DNA of 64,000 nt from Paraspadella gotoi (Eukaryota > Animalia > Chaetognatha): assembly GCA_051294375.1 (NCBI GenBank), contig CM119268.1, forward strand, positions 13,837,037-13,901,036, written 5' to 3'. The notes under the pieces were generated by a model, which ran no database searches, was not told the origin of the DNA, and saw only the letters and a program-made list of their open reading frames with translations. Below, piece after piece: positions 1 through 23,005 of the stretch (within the stretch, counting starts at the first letter, position 1; each line of letters begins with the position of its first letter). A program made the translations under genes and the position numbers.

Positions 1-1763
1 AGGGAAAAAATCCACGAAAATCTCGGATGTAAATTTGGTTTTGTATTGAGAAAAAAAGCGCGGAATAAATGGCGATAATAAAAGTTTTTAGAAGGAAAAA
101 AAAAGAGAGAGAGAGAAGAGAAAGAGAGAGAGAGAAGCTGGACAGCCGCTGGACGCCGCCTAGACCGCCGCTGCAGAGCTGAACTTATTTTCCGACGAAT
201 ATGAGTAGGGACGAACTCTTTTCCTTTCTATAAAAAAAATATTACAAAATAAATATTTGGTATAGAGCCATATAAGAAATTTTTGTACATTGAAAGTAAA
301 CTTAAAAATGCATAAATTTTTCGTTTGAGCATGTCCCATACTAAATTTTTGATTCACCCCATTGAGGGGGCTACCCCTATTCAGAAGAAAAAAAACTAAA
401 CTCTTTTCAATAATAATGATCCAAAATTATAATCCCTATTAACAAAATATATAGTTGAAAATACTCAGTTAACGACTATGATATTTTTAACTTCCAAATA
501 TTTTTTTACTTATCAAAAAAAAATTTTATTTCCTCATTTTAAAAAAATTTAATCTTGAATGAAATTTTTGATTGTTCTTTTTTTAGGAAGAAACCAGACC
601 GAGGTCAAATTTTATATTGCATATTTAATTAATTTATAAATAGTTATCACAACTCAAATAATTATTATTTTAAAAAAAGATAAAATTATTAAATATATAC
701 ACTTAAATATTTATAAATTTAATAATAATATAAATTATCAGAATAACAAAAAAAGTAATGTTTAATTTGACTATATCTCTCTTATCAACTCCTATTTTAG
801 ATATAATTTCGCCAATAGTGGGCCAACCGGTTTAAATTACAATAATAAATAATACAAATTCATTTTTTTTAAATGTAATGCATATTGTTTGGCGAAAGTG
901 CTGCATATATGATAAGTCTACATTAGCTGATTTATATGTGACAATGCATGTCAATATAAATTATTCTTCACCTTTTTAAAAATGTATCCACAAAAATCTC
1001 GGATGTAAATTTGGGATTTTGTATTGAGAAAAAAGCCCCGAATAATAGATTTCAGAAAGAAAAACATAATTATAATTTTTTAAAAAAAAGAACGATCACG
1101 CAAGAGATCGTAAAGAGAGAAAGAGACAGAAAGAGAAAGAAGAGAGAAAAGAGAGAGAGAAATAGAAACAAAGCTGGACAGCTGCTTGAAGGCCGTTGTA
1201 CAGTCAGTGCAGAAACTGAACTCGTTTTTTCTGAAATAAAAGAATAAAAGAAATAAAAGAAATAAAGAAAGGCAAAAAATGTTACAATGGTTTACAATTT
1301 GAAATTTTTCCAATTTTTTCCAATCGCAGCTTGTAAAAGATTTTATTTTTATTTGTATTAAAATTAAGATATAGCTTCTCATTAAAAATTTATTTTGAGT
1401 TCCCATTTTTATTAGAGATTTAAAAAAAAATTTTAAATTTTATCTTCAATATTATATACTGCAATATGTAAATTAGATTAAAGCATTTCTATATACTAAT
1501 TTGGATATGATAATGAGTACTATTAATCTCATTTGCATATTACAGTAAATCATAATGATTACTTTTGTAAAACTTTATCATAATTCATAATAATTTTATT
1601 TTTAAAAAAAACGGTAAGTCACAGCCAAACCTATAAAAGCGTAGTAGTTTTTATATAGAAAAACAGCGTGACGACGACTACGTCACAAAGAAGCTCACCC
1701 GAATGAATATCAAGCCTGAACCGGCTTCGCCGGTCATGGCTTGATAAAAATTATAAGAGAGAC

Positions 1764-1856
1764 GGAGGCCTTAAACCACCAAAGCCTGTTCAAAGTCAGG
1801 GGCAAGATAGCTTATTTATTAAATGATAATTTTTATATTGGTTGTACCAATTTCAT
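1764..1856. repeat. Dispersed SINE-like repeat family B, copy 1 (opposite orientation to copies 2-4)
   Basis: Reverse complement of ATGAAATTGGTACAACCAATATAAAAATTATC...AATAAGCTATCTTGCCCCTGACTTTGAACAGGCTTTGGTGGTTTAAGGCCTCC. Confidence 0.85.
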
Positions 1857-1910
1857 AGACCAGCAAGCAAAAATTTTTTTTTTTTGAAGTTGCTTTTAAT
1901 TATCTCTTAC

Positions 1911-13461
<11,551 letters not shown>

Positions 13462-14407
13462 CTGTAGAGTGGATTGGGAGGACAGGAATGGTCTTTTGTT
13501 TTTATTTTTGAATTAACAAAAAGTGGTAAACAAAGTTAGGAAAGTTATTCGGTAACGTTAATGTCGAGATTGCAAATGACGAAATGACAGATAAAATAAA
13601 AACAAAATTGGAAAATTATCATGCATGGGCCGGTATTTTCCGTTTTTCGTTTTCTTCTAACTCGAGAACAATATGACTGTTCTTTTAAAAATTCTCTGAA
13701 GATTCATCTGGGGTAGGATAAATTTTTTTCTACAACATAATTATGACCATCGCAGGAAACAGATTGATCTTTTATCAGACTTTACTTTATCTTTTACTCT
13801 CTCGACCAATCAGAGAGGTGGTTCTCCTCACGGAATCGACGGGAGAGAGATGAGAGAAGAAACGGGGCAGTCTTCAACTTACTCTCAAGAAACTCACATC
13901 AAAACTTCCCAAGTTCATGAACTATTTACTTTGTACTTTTTAATCATCATAATCTCCCTCAATTATTATTATCTCCTCGTTTATTTGTATGAATAAAACT
14001 CCTATAGATTATCCGTAATAAACCACGCCTACTTCCTTCAAAAAAATAAAAATATCTTCGCCTTTTACAGGCTGGAGAGTTAGAATTGCAACTTCGCCCT
14101 TCTTTTCCTTTTTTAAGCTCGAAAATAGGCCTGGGTCTGTTTCCTTTGAGGTTCGACGATTTCTTCCGCGACCCCTTTTGCCCTCTATCGTCCATAAAAC
14201 CTTTTGTTTGTTCTTTCTTTTTCGGTGGCTATTTATAGACAAATCGAATCTGGGCTACTAAAGTCTTAAAAGTCTTGAAAGACGCTTCAACAATCAACAC
14301 GAAAATAGAAAGGATTGGTCTGAAAAATTTGGTTAACATAAAAAAAATTACTTATAAGCAAAAGGATTCAGATGGGTTTATTTATGTATTTTTTACTTCT
14401 CTCTTTT

Positions 14408-14451
<44 letters not shown>

Positions 14452-14573
14452 AAGGCGTAGTAAATTTATACATTTAACTTGTAATTAAAATTCTAAAAAG
14501 TGAGAACGAAACATTATACTACATGAACATTTTATATAATAAAAAAATTTATAATAAATTTGTACAATTTACG

Positions 14574-14959
14574 CAGTGAGCCATATTTATCTAGTACTAA
14601 CGCAATAAATGTTAAAAATTTTCAAAACAGTTTTTCTAGATTTTTTTGCAGATTTGGATTCGTCTAAAAAGTTGATAAAAAATAATATAACTCTTTTTGA
14701 AAATTTTTTCATTAAGTGGGTCCAAAATAATAGAAAAAGCTATATTTTTAAACTGAAAAATAAACTTTTTTAATATATTAAATATAGTTTTTTTAATTTA
14801 ACCCTCTTAATAAAAGAATTTTTAAAAAGATTTATATTATTTTCTTTTAATCAACTTTTGATTGAGGAATTCAAAATCTGCAATCAAATTAAGAAAGCCT
14901 ATTTTGAAATTTTTTCGATTTTATAAGGATAGTACTATATATAAATATTAGCCCTACTG
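14574..14959. mobile_element. MITE, family A copy 2
   Basis: CAGT...ACTG ends with imperfect inverted arms of about 90 bp. The right arm reversed (TAGTACTATCCTTATAAAATCGAAAAAATTTCAAAAT) matches the left arm of the 11910 element. Confidence 0.55.
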
Positions 14960-16287
14960 CAAAAATTAAAAATATTAAAATTTTTTTTTCCAATTACATG
15001 TTTACTGATGGTATGTTGTTCATAATTTGACTTTTGAATTTCAGTATGTAACTTTCACTACGCCTACTCTCCAATCTCCACCCGTTCTTCCTTCCTTCCA
15101 CTTTCCGGTCAATCAAACAGTCGGCTACTATACCCGCAATCCGCCTCGATGCATTTTGCTGTAGTCCGTTGTTGTTTTTGCCTGTTCGACATATATTTGG
15201 TTTGCTTTCGGGCATGCCGCCTTATGTTGAAGCAGTTGCGATGCGACCTGTTGCTGCTGTTGCATGCGTGTAGCAGCGGCGGAAGTTCCGTCGAAGCCGA
15301 CGCCATTTTGTTGTTTCAATTATTTGTTTGATCGACGCTTCGGGCCGGCGAACCGACTTCATGCGAGCCGCCCTTTGAGTTTAAAAAAAAAACAACTAAC
15401 TAACGCATCCATAGTTACTTATCACATTTTATATTAGTTATAACTATTATTTTTATATTATGACATAAATTTTTTACTTAGGGAGTCTTTTTAAAACTTT
15501 TTTGAGCCAAAACATGAACCGGAAATTCCGAAAGATAAACTTTAGATTTTCATGGAGACGAAGCTGCCGATTATTTTAATGTGTAATTATGTACCGTTTA
15601 ATTCAACCGGACTTTATTAATGATAAAGTAAAAGATTATAAAAACTATTTTTTTCGAATTCCGTTACGACCGAAAACCAGGAAACGCGCAACAGTTTATC
15701 TTCTTGTTCGGTGTTTTTATTGGTTTGATTTCAACTCTGATTCATTTTCGATTTCTCTTTTTCTTTCCGATTCCGTGTTTTCGTTTTATGACCTTCGAGT
15801 TCGATCCTTAAAAATTGTAACTANNNNNNNNNNNNNNNNNNNNNNNNNNNNNNNNNNNNNNNNNNNNNNNNNNNNNNNNNNNNNNNNNNNNNNNNNNNNN
15901 NNNNNNNNNNNNNNNNNNNNNNNNNNNNNNNNNNNNNNNNNNNNNNNNNNNNNNNNNNNNNNNNNNNNNNNNNNNNNNNNNNNNNNNNNNNNNTTTCAAA
16001 ATTGAAGATTTAAAAACCCCATTTCGGTTAGTTATAATTTGTTTTTAACCCCTTTTTGTAATTCTCTATCAATTTTGACCAATTTCTTTGTTGAGGTCAG
16101 AGCCCGTTTTATAATGTCTTCACGGCCAAAACCTTGAGGTTACGCAACAATCGAATTAGTATTTGATAGAAGTTGCTATCCCCAACGCATAAGTGAAATA
16201 AACAAAACATTAGATAACGTTATAAAATTTTAATTCAGTTATTTCAAGTCAATGGATTTCCGTGAACGAATTTTTCAAGTCTTGGAT

Positions 16288-18066
16288 TCAAAACAAAGAA
16301 CGAAGCAATTTGACGAGACGCTTCTCGGGAGTGGAATCCTCGGTGGCTGGTTCTTCGCCGTCCGTTCCATCTCCGGTTCCATCTTCGGTTCCATCTCCGG
16401 TTCCATCTCCGGTTCCATCTTCGGTTCCATCGTCGTCTCCTTCCTCGTCCTCGTCCCAGACCCCTTCCCCAAGGTCTTCCTCGTCGCTCATTAAGGCCAT
16501 CATGGCCTTCATGTCGGCCAAGTGACTCTCGATTAAATCTGAAAATTTGAAGATGAAAAAAAATACTTTTTTTATTAACTAGTACGAGTATTTTATTGCT
16601 TTATAANNNNNNNNNNNNNNNNNNNNNNNNNNNNNNNNNNNNNNNNNNNNNNNNNNNNNNNNNNNNNNNNNNNNNNNNNNNNNNNNNNNNNNNNNNNNNN
16701 NNNNNNNNNNNNNNNNNNNNNNNNNNNNNNNNNNNNNNNNNNNNNNNNNNNNNNNNNNNNNNNNNNNNNNNNNNNNNNNNNNNNNNNNNNNNNNNNNNNN
16801 NNNNNNNNNNNNNNNNNNNNNNNNNNNNNNNNNNNNNNNNNNNNNNNNNNNNNNNNNNNNNNNNNNNNNNNNNNNNNNNNNNNNNNNNNNNNNNNNNNNN
16901 NNNNNNNNNNNNNNNNNNNNNNNNNNNNNNNNNNNNNNNNNNNNNNNNNNNNNNNNNNNNNNNNNNNNNNNNNNNNNNNNNNNNNNNNNNNNNNNNNNNN
17001 NNNNNNNNNNNNNNNNNNNNNNNNNNNNNNNNNNNNNNNNNNNNNNNNNNNNNNNNNNNNNNNNNNNNNNNNNNNNNNNNNNNNNNNNNNNNNNNNNNNN
17101 NNNNNNNNNNNNNNNNNNNNNNNNNNNNNNNNNNNNNNNNNNNNNNNNNNNNNNNNNNNNNNNNNNNNNNNNNNNNNNNNNNNNNNNNNNNNNNNNNNNN
17201 NNNNNNNNNNNNNNNNNNNNNNNNNNNNNNNNNNNNNNNNNNNNNNNNNNNNNNNNNNNNNNNNNNNNNNNNNNNNNNNNNNNNNNNNNNNNNNNNNNNN
17301 NNNNNNNNNNNNNNNNNNNNNNNNNNNNNNNNNNNNNNNNNNNNNNNNNNNNNNNNNNNNNNNNNNNNNNNNNNNNNNNNNNNNNNNNNNNNNNNNNNNN
17401 NNNNNNNNNNNNNNNNNNNNNNNNNNNNNNNNNNNNNNNNNNNNNNNNNNNNNNNNNNNNNNNNNNNNNNNNNNNNNNNNNNNNNNNNNNNNNNNNNNNN
17501 NNNNNNNNNNNNNNNNNNNNNNNNNNNNNNNNNNNNNNNNNNNNNNNNNNCAATTTATACTTTATGTTCAACACCAAATTCGTAGTAGTAATAAAATACT
17601 ATCATTGTTTTTTGTATTTAATGACAGAATATAACTAGTCACCGGATACCCCGTTTCTTTTTGAACTTCTTTAGTAAAATAGTACAATTAAATTTTNNNN
17701 NNNNNNTCAATTTATACTTTATCTTACTATGTTCAACACCAAATTCGTAGTAGTAATAAAATAATATCATTGTTTCTTGTATTTAATGACAGAATATAAC
17801 TAGTCACCGGAAACCCCGTTTCTTTTTGTACTTCTTTAGTAAAATAGTACAATTAAATTTTTTCATCAAAGTCATGAACGTCAGATAAGTGTGATAAACG
17901 TCAGACCTTTGCATTATATACACACCGCCTCACTTCCGACTAACCTCAGTTCGTCTCGAATTTCTTTCGGTGGCCGGCACTTGGGACGACCGCCTTCTGG
18001 TTTTGGGAACGCCCACGCCGCGCCGAGGATCAACGACGCCGCGAAAATCCCCAGGAAAATCTTCAT
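16288..18066 (-). CDS. Small secreted acidic precursor protein; middle exon(s) probably hidden in the N gap
   Basis: Exon 1 (18066-17945) reads MKIFLGIFAASLILGAAWA-FPKPEGGRPKCRPPKEIRDELR, a signal-peptide pattern, and ends at a GTTAGT donor. The last exon (16538-16288) follows a TTTTCAG acceptor and encodes an Asp/Glu/Gly-rich DGT(G/E) repeat and KRLVKLLRSLF*. The phases differ (2 versus 1), which implies an exon in the gap 16607-17550. Confidence 0.65.
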
Positions 18067-18234
18067 CTCCTCTGGAAAATCGGCGGAATCGGGAGACAGA
18101 GACGGTGAACAGGCGGGTCCAAGAAAAAGGAGGGAATGACCCGCGAGCGAATATCAAAGTGACTCCGAATAATAAAAAAAGGAAATCACGATCGACAATT
18201 CCAAGTTGATCCGTTTCGTTCCGAGTCTCTCGTC

Positions 18235-18241
18235 TTTATAT
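18235..18241 (-). promoter_or_regulatory. TATA box of the secreted-precursor gene
   Basis: The minus strand reads GATATAAAGA about 170 nt upstream of the ATG at 18066, in a GC-richer context. Confidence 0.45.
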
Positions 18242-19359
18242 CGTCTCCCGGCGATTCTCATTCCCTTTCTCGTTATTTATTTTAGGATATTCTCTACCTT
18301 CAAATTCGAAAGAATCGAGAAAAGATTGCCATATATGATCCCTCTAAAAAATGTTGGAGGATAGAAAGTTCGAGGAGAATTCGAAAAAGAAAAGGGGGAA
18401 CCTTGTTCTCTTGTGACAAAAAAAAATCGGAAAATAGGGGGGGGGGATCCTGAACAGGACCTTACTTTTTGTTATCCGGCGACTTAAGCCTGGATTTTTT
18501 TTTAAAGAGTAGATCGTACATACTACATACGCATTTGGCCCTGAATTTGAATGAGAAAGGACGCGTTTTTGAAGTTTTTTTGTTGACTTTAAGTGAGTAT
18601 CGTTGTCATTGACGTCGTTGCCAGTTTGGGAGATAATAGTATTAATGTGCATTTGAGAATTAATAAACATCTTACTTTGATTTTAAGTTCTGCATGCCAC
18701 GTATAAAAATAAATATATTTTAAGAATCCATTTAACCTTTATAAAAATCATAATCAACTATGGATTATGCTTTAACTTGTCACAGTAAGCATGTCGGTCA
18801 ATTATTTCTTGTCATTATTTAATATGCCTTTTTTTAAATTTAAAATTTGAAAATGTATATACTTTTTAGTCATTCTAGAGAGGCTTGCAAATTTCCAGTT
18901 ACTCTCTTATGTTTGTTTTTTTTGTTGAGGGGGGAGCGGTTGGCGACTAACAACTAGGTTGTTAAATTATACATGTCAATAAGAGTGTCTAAACCGCGAC
19001 GACGAAGAGATGTACAGAATTTCATATAACCGGATTTTCTCTTAATTATTCAAAGTGGTTTGACGCCAAACGAATGTTTTTTATTTGGTTTGTTCTCGTT
19101 TGTTCTTTGTTCGGATTAAACCGAGTCGGTTATATTGTGTGCATCGCCCGGAGTCCCGCCGGTTGGTTTATATGCAAGGAAAAAAAACTCGATTCTCGAT
19201 CACACAATAAGATCTCTGTCGTCAGGGTTCGAATCCCGAATATTCTTTTTATCCGACCACAATGTTGCTACAATGTGCATTATGCATTTATGGACATAAA
19301 TGACGTTGAGGAGCTCAGAATAGTAGAAAAAACGTATTATTGTTTATTTGTTTTGATAG

Positions 19360-20390
19360 TGGTCATAAAAGCCGGTCGGTCAGCGTCAAACAGGTGGACA
19401 TTTAGCCCTGACAAAATTAAGTTTGGTCGAAAGTGACCGATGACGATTGTAAACCTGGGGAAAGTTTTCGAAAAAGGGGAGATGGGGGGAGTGCGAGTGA
19501 TTCTTGGGGGGGCGGGCGGGGCCTTTTAGGGTGAACTAGAGTTTTAAAGTGGTGAGGTTGAATGGTGTGAAGGATGTTGGAGACTTCGAATTGAAATTCG
19601 AAAGTTGGGGAAACGATTGAGATCGACTCGCATCACCGTGAATCTTTGTTCGTCCATCGATCACAAGGGATTCTCGTTCACATCTCCACCTCCCCCCCAG
19701 TCCCCCCCCTTTCACAGAGCATTCTTCGATCCCGTGGTCTCCGACATCGGGAGGTGGGATAACGCAAAATAAAGTTAAGTTGAATTTGAATGAATAATAT
19801 ATACGGAGGTAAAATTATATATACTCTATTAAAAATCATATTAGTGTACTTTCCACTGCAAGTTTTCCTCGTTTTTCATTCTCCCGGTCCTAAACCGTAT
19901 TTTTTAACGAATTCACCCATGGCCCGTCACCCCTCAGATCCTCTCATCCAGTCAATGTAATGCGTTCATCCGTCACACTTTACTTTTTACTTTTTTTATT
20001 CTCCTCCCCTCCTGCTCGTGCACCTTTTCCTACTATCCCGCGCCCACCTTCGCGTCGCCCATTCTGTCATTCTTTCCCCCTTCCCCCACCCGATCCCCAA
20101 CCCTTATCCCCAACCTTTTCCTCGTCAGCTGAAAGGTTCGCCGGTCGAATCTGAAAGTCACCGTAAAGTCGGGCCAAACCTCGATCGCTTTCGGGGCGAC
20201 GACGACGACGACGACGACGACGAAAACGTTGACGTCGATGGGGACGACGGCGACGATCTTAGACGTTAACGTCCCATCGAAGAAGGTTTATGAGGTCGCT
20301 GAAGAGGGCGGCGACGGCGACGACGACGAAGACGACGACGACGACGAGGCCGTTGAAGACGACCATGACGACGAAGCCGGCGTAATCTAA
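19360..20390 (+). CDS. Putative small spliced gene with a Thr run and acidic C-terminus; function unknown, 5' end unresolved
   Basis: Candidate terminal exon 20136-20390 (85 codons: VRRSNLKVTVKSGQTSIAFGATTTT...EEGGDGDDDEDD...EAGVI*) follows a pyrimidine tract. Upstream are a phase-0 36-nt exon at 19718-19753 (SILRSRGLRHRE, cag...gtggga) and a possible exon at 19360-19393. No family recognised. Confidence 0.35.
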
Positions 20391-21120
20391 AAACTTTTGA
20401 GGGGGTTATATTTCGAAGTCCCCTCGAAAATAAATTTTAATCATTACTTTTTTATATTTTTTTTTTTTGTTTTTTTTATAATTTCATATTTGATTGGTTT
20501 TATTTACGTTCATTTAGATTTATTGAGGCTACTATTCCTGTAACTGAAGCATCCGGTATTTTTAGTTTTAGTCGTCTAATCCGGGATTTCTCAAAGAATT
20601 CTCAAAGTGGGCATAAAATAAGTTATGTAAGCTCGAATACCCAACACCTTTTGTTTTCGTTTTGTTTTTGTTTTTATTTGTTTTTTTTAGTTTTTTGTTT
20701 ACGTTTTTCTTTTTGGTTTTGTTTTTTTTTTACACCGGCCCTTACTAATTTATTTATTATAAATTTATTTTTTAAACTTTTTATATCAAGTTTTCTATGT
20801 ACCCCAATTTTTTTTCCTGATCGTGAAGAAATTCTCAATTTTTTATCACAACCAATTTTCATTTACAATTTTTTTGTCTTCCTTGTTCAATTCTATCTCT
20901 TTTTTTTTCAAAATCTTCTGAATCGTTTCACAGTGAGACTTAATTCAATTCAGGCAAGAAGAACGAATCTCTCTTTATCTCTTCTTTTTTTGCCCTCCTC
21001 CCTCTCTCCCTTTCTCTCTCTCTATCCCTCCCTCTCTCTCTCTCTTTTTTCTCTAGTTCGATCGTGCATTTGCCGGCTTAAATCAAGGATAACCCCGGGG
21101 TATTGACCTTCCGACGCCAG

Positions 21121-21161
<41 letters not shown>

Positions 21162-21286
21162 GGGGGGAGAGACTTCTTCTTTTTGTTTGTCTGAAGTTTA
21201 AAAGATATACTCGTATTAAAACCCTTTTGTGTTGTTGCTATAATTTCGGTTATATGATGACCATTGTCTCTTGGAATTTGTTTTAA

Positions 21287-21336
<50 letters not shown>

Positions 21337-22927
21337 GTCTCTTCTCTCTCTCTCTCTCTCTCTTTCTCTCTTTCTCAACATGAAATTGAAAGGCGGAGTT
21401 CGCGAAACGACCGATGTTCACGTCGTAGGCAGGACCGAGGCCGGTTTTCCCTTCGCTTCATTATTTTCCCCTTTACTTCATTAAATAACTGAATTACTTC
21501 ATTTCATTTTCATCATTTATTATTTTTTTAAATTTCTAACTTTTCCCCTCCGGCTGTTTTCACGAAATATGATTTAGTTGAACAAAAAAAAAGAATTCCG
21601 TGAAATGAGCCTCTCCATTTCTTGGGCGCTTTTTTTACCCCCACTCAACTCGCTTCCCCCCACTTGCTTTCCCCCCCCTCCACTCGCTCTCTCCCCATGC
21701 GAAAAAAACAAATTGGGTGAAGAGAACAAGAAATAAAAAACGCCTCAGTAATTACTGAGTTCGATCCTTAGAATCGCACGTATTGCCCATCTTCTATTTA
21801 ATCTTGTGAGGTGGTCAAAATAATCATCAGTTTCCAATTTCGACTTGATAATTGTTACGATTCTGGTAATCTCTCAGGATTTGCCACCCCGATGCTGCAA
21901 AGAAAGGGTGAGCGCCATCCAGAAGCCGCCAGGCAGAAACGGTGCCGGGAGGAATGCTGCTATCAAACGGCGCCTGGCAGATGGCGCCGAGGTCACGGGA
22001 TCAAGCGAGGCGGGGAAAGAAAAGCAATCGCTCACTGATTCGCAGATGCGATCACTGCGATTGAAAGTGCGATTAAAAATGCAATCACTGTTTTGGCTAG
22101 AAACACGAGGGGTGAAAACAAGAACCCAAATATTTTGGTTGTACTTTTTTTTAGTGATAAAAAGTTTATCGAGTCTACCATTGTCCTTTTATACGAAGAA
22201 CAAATTACTTTATATTACTTACATTAATTATTTTTTAGAAAATTTTGTCATATGTCTCTCATTGTTTGTTCCTCTTTTTTTTTTCTTGCTTGGGAACAAA
22301 TTTTTTTCTCTTCCCGATTCTTGACTAAGCGGAAAACCCTCTCTTCACAGTGAGAGTCTTCACAGTTGATCAAGAATTAATATCACGCTTCGCGGAGGCT
22401 GCGTGAACCGCGGGATCCGGGTAATCAGGGTGAGGGATAAATTAGGGTGAGGGTTTGAGGGTTTTAAAGTGGAGATAGGGAAAAGAGAGGGCGAGGTGTG
22501 TTTTGATTAATGAAAGGAAAAGTAAAGAAGGGAAAGTAAAGGAAAAATTAAAGGAAAAGGATAAGAAGGGATAAGAGAAGAGAGAAGAGAAAAGAAGTTT
22601 GTAATACTGGGGAAAAAGAGGAGAGAAGAGAGGACAGGAGAGTAAAATGTTTGAGCTAAATATTTTTATCATAAGATCGCGTTAATAATAATAGAGAGAA
22701 TAGCAAGTCGCAAGTAGCCTGGGTTAAGGAAAGGAAAGCAGAGCGGCGCGAATGGCATTTAAAAGAAAAATGCAATGTCGTTGCCAGATGGTGGAGTACA
22801 AACGAAGGAGGGTTGAGTGAAAAAGAAAGGACTCTTCCTGTTCTGTCACCAGGGGGCGACTTCGCTGGCGATGATGGACGATGTAAAGTGGCGCCACGAG
22901 GAGAAAGATTAATGCCCGAAGAGAGAA

Positions 22928-23005
<78 letters not shown>

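Noticed and set aside
15109-15319. Short minus-strand ORFs starting in a CAAAATGGCG context
   Set aside because: They could be the WDR64 promoter or first exon, but I could not link them in phase to the exon at 13461, and no homology is recognisable.
17551-17860. Direct repeat of ~145 nt
   Set aside because: The copies flank a 10-N gap and differ by a few SNPs, consistent with uncollapsed allelic contig overlap.
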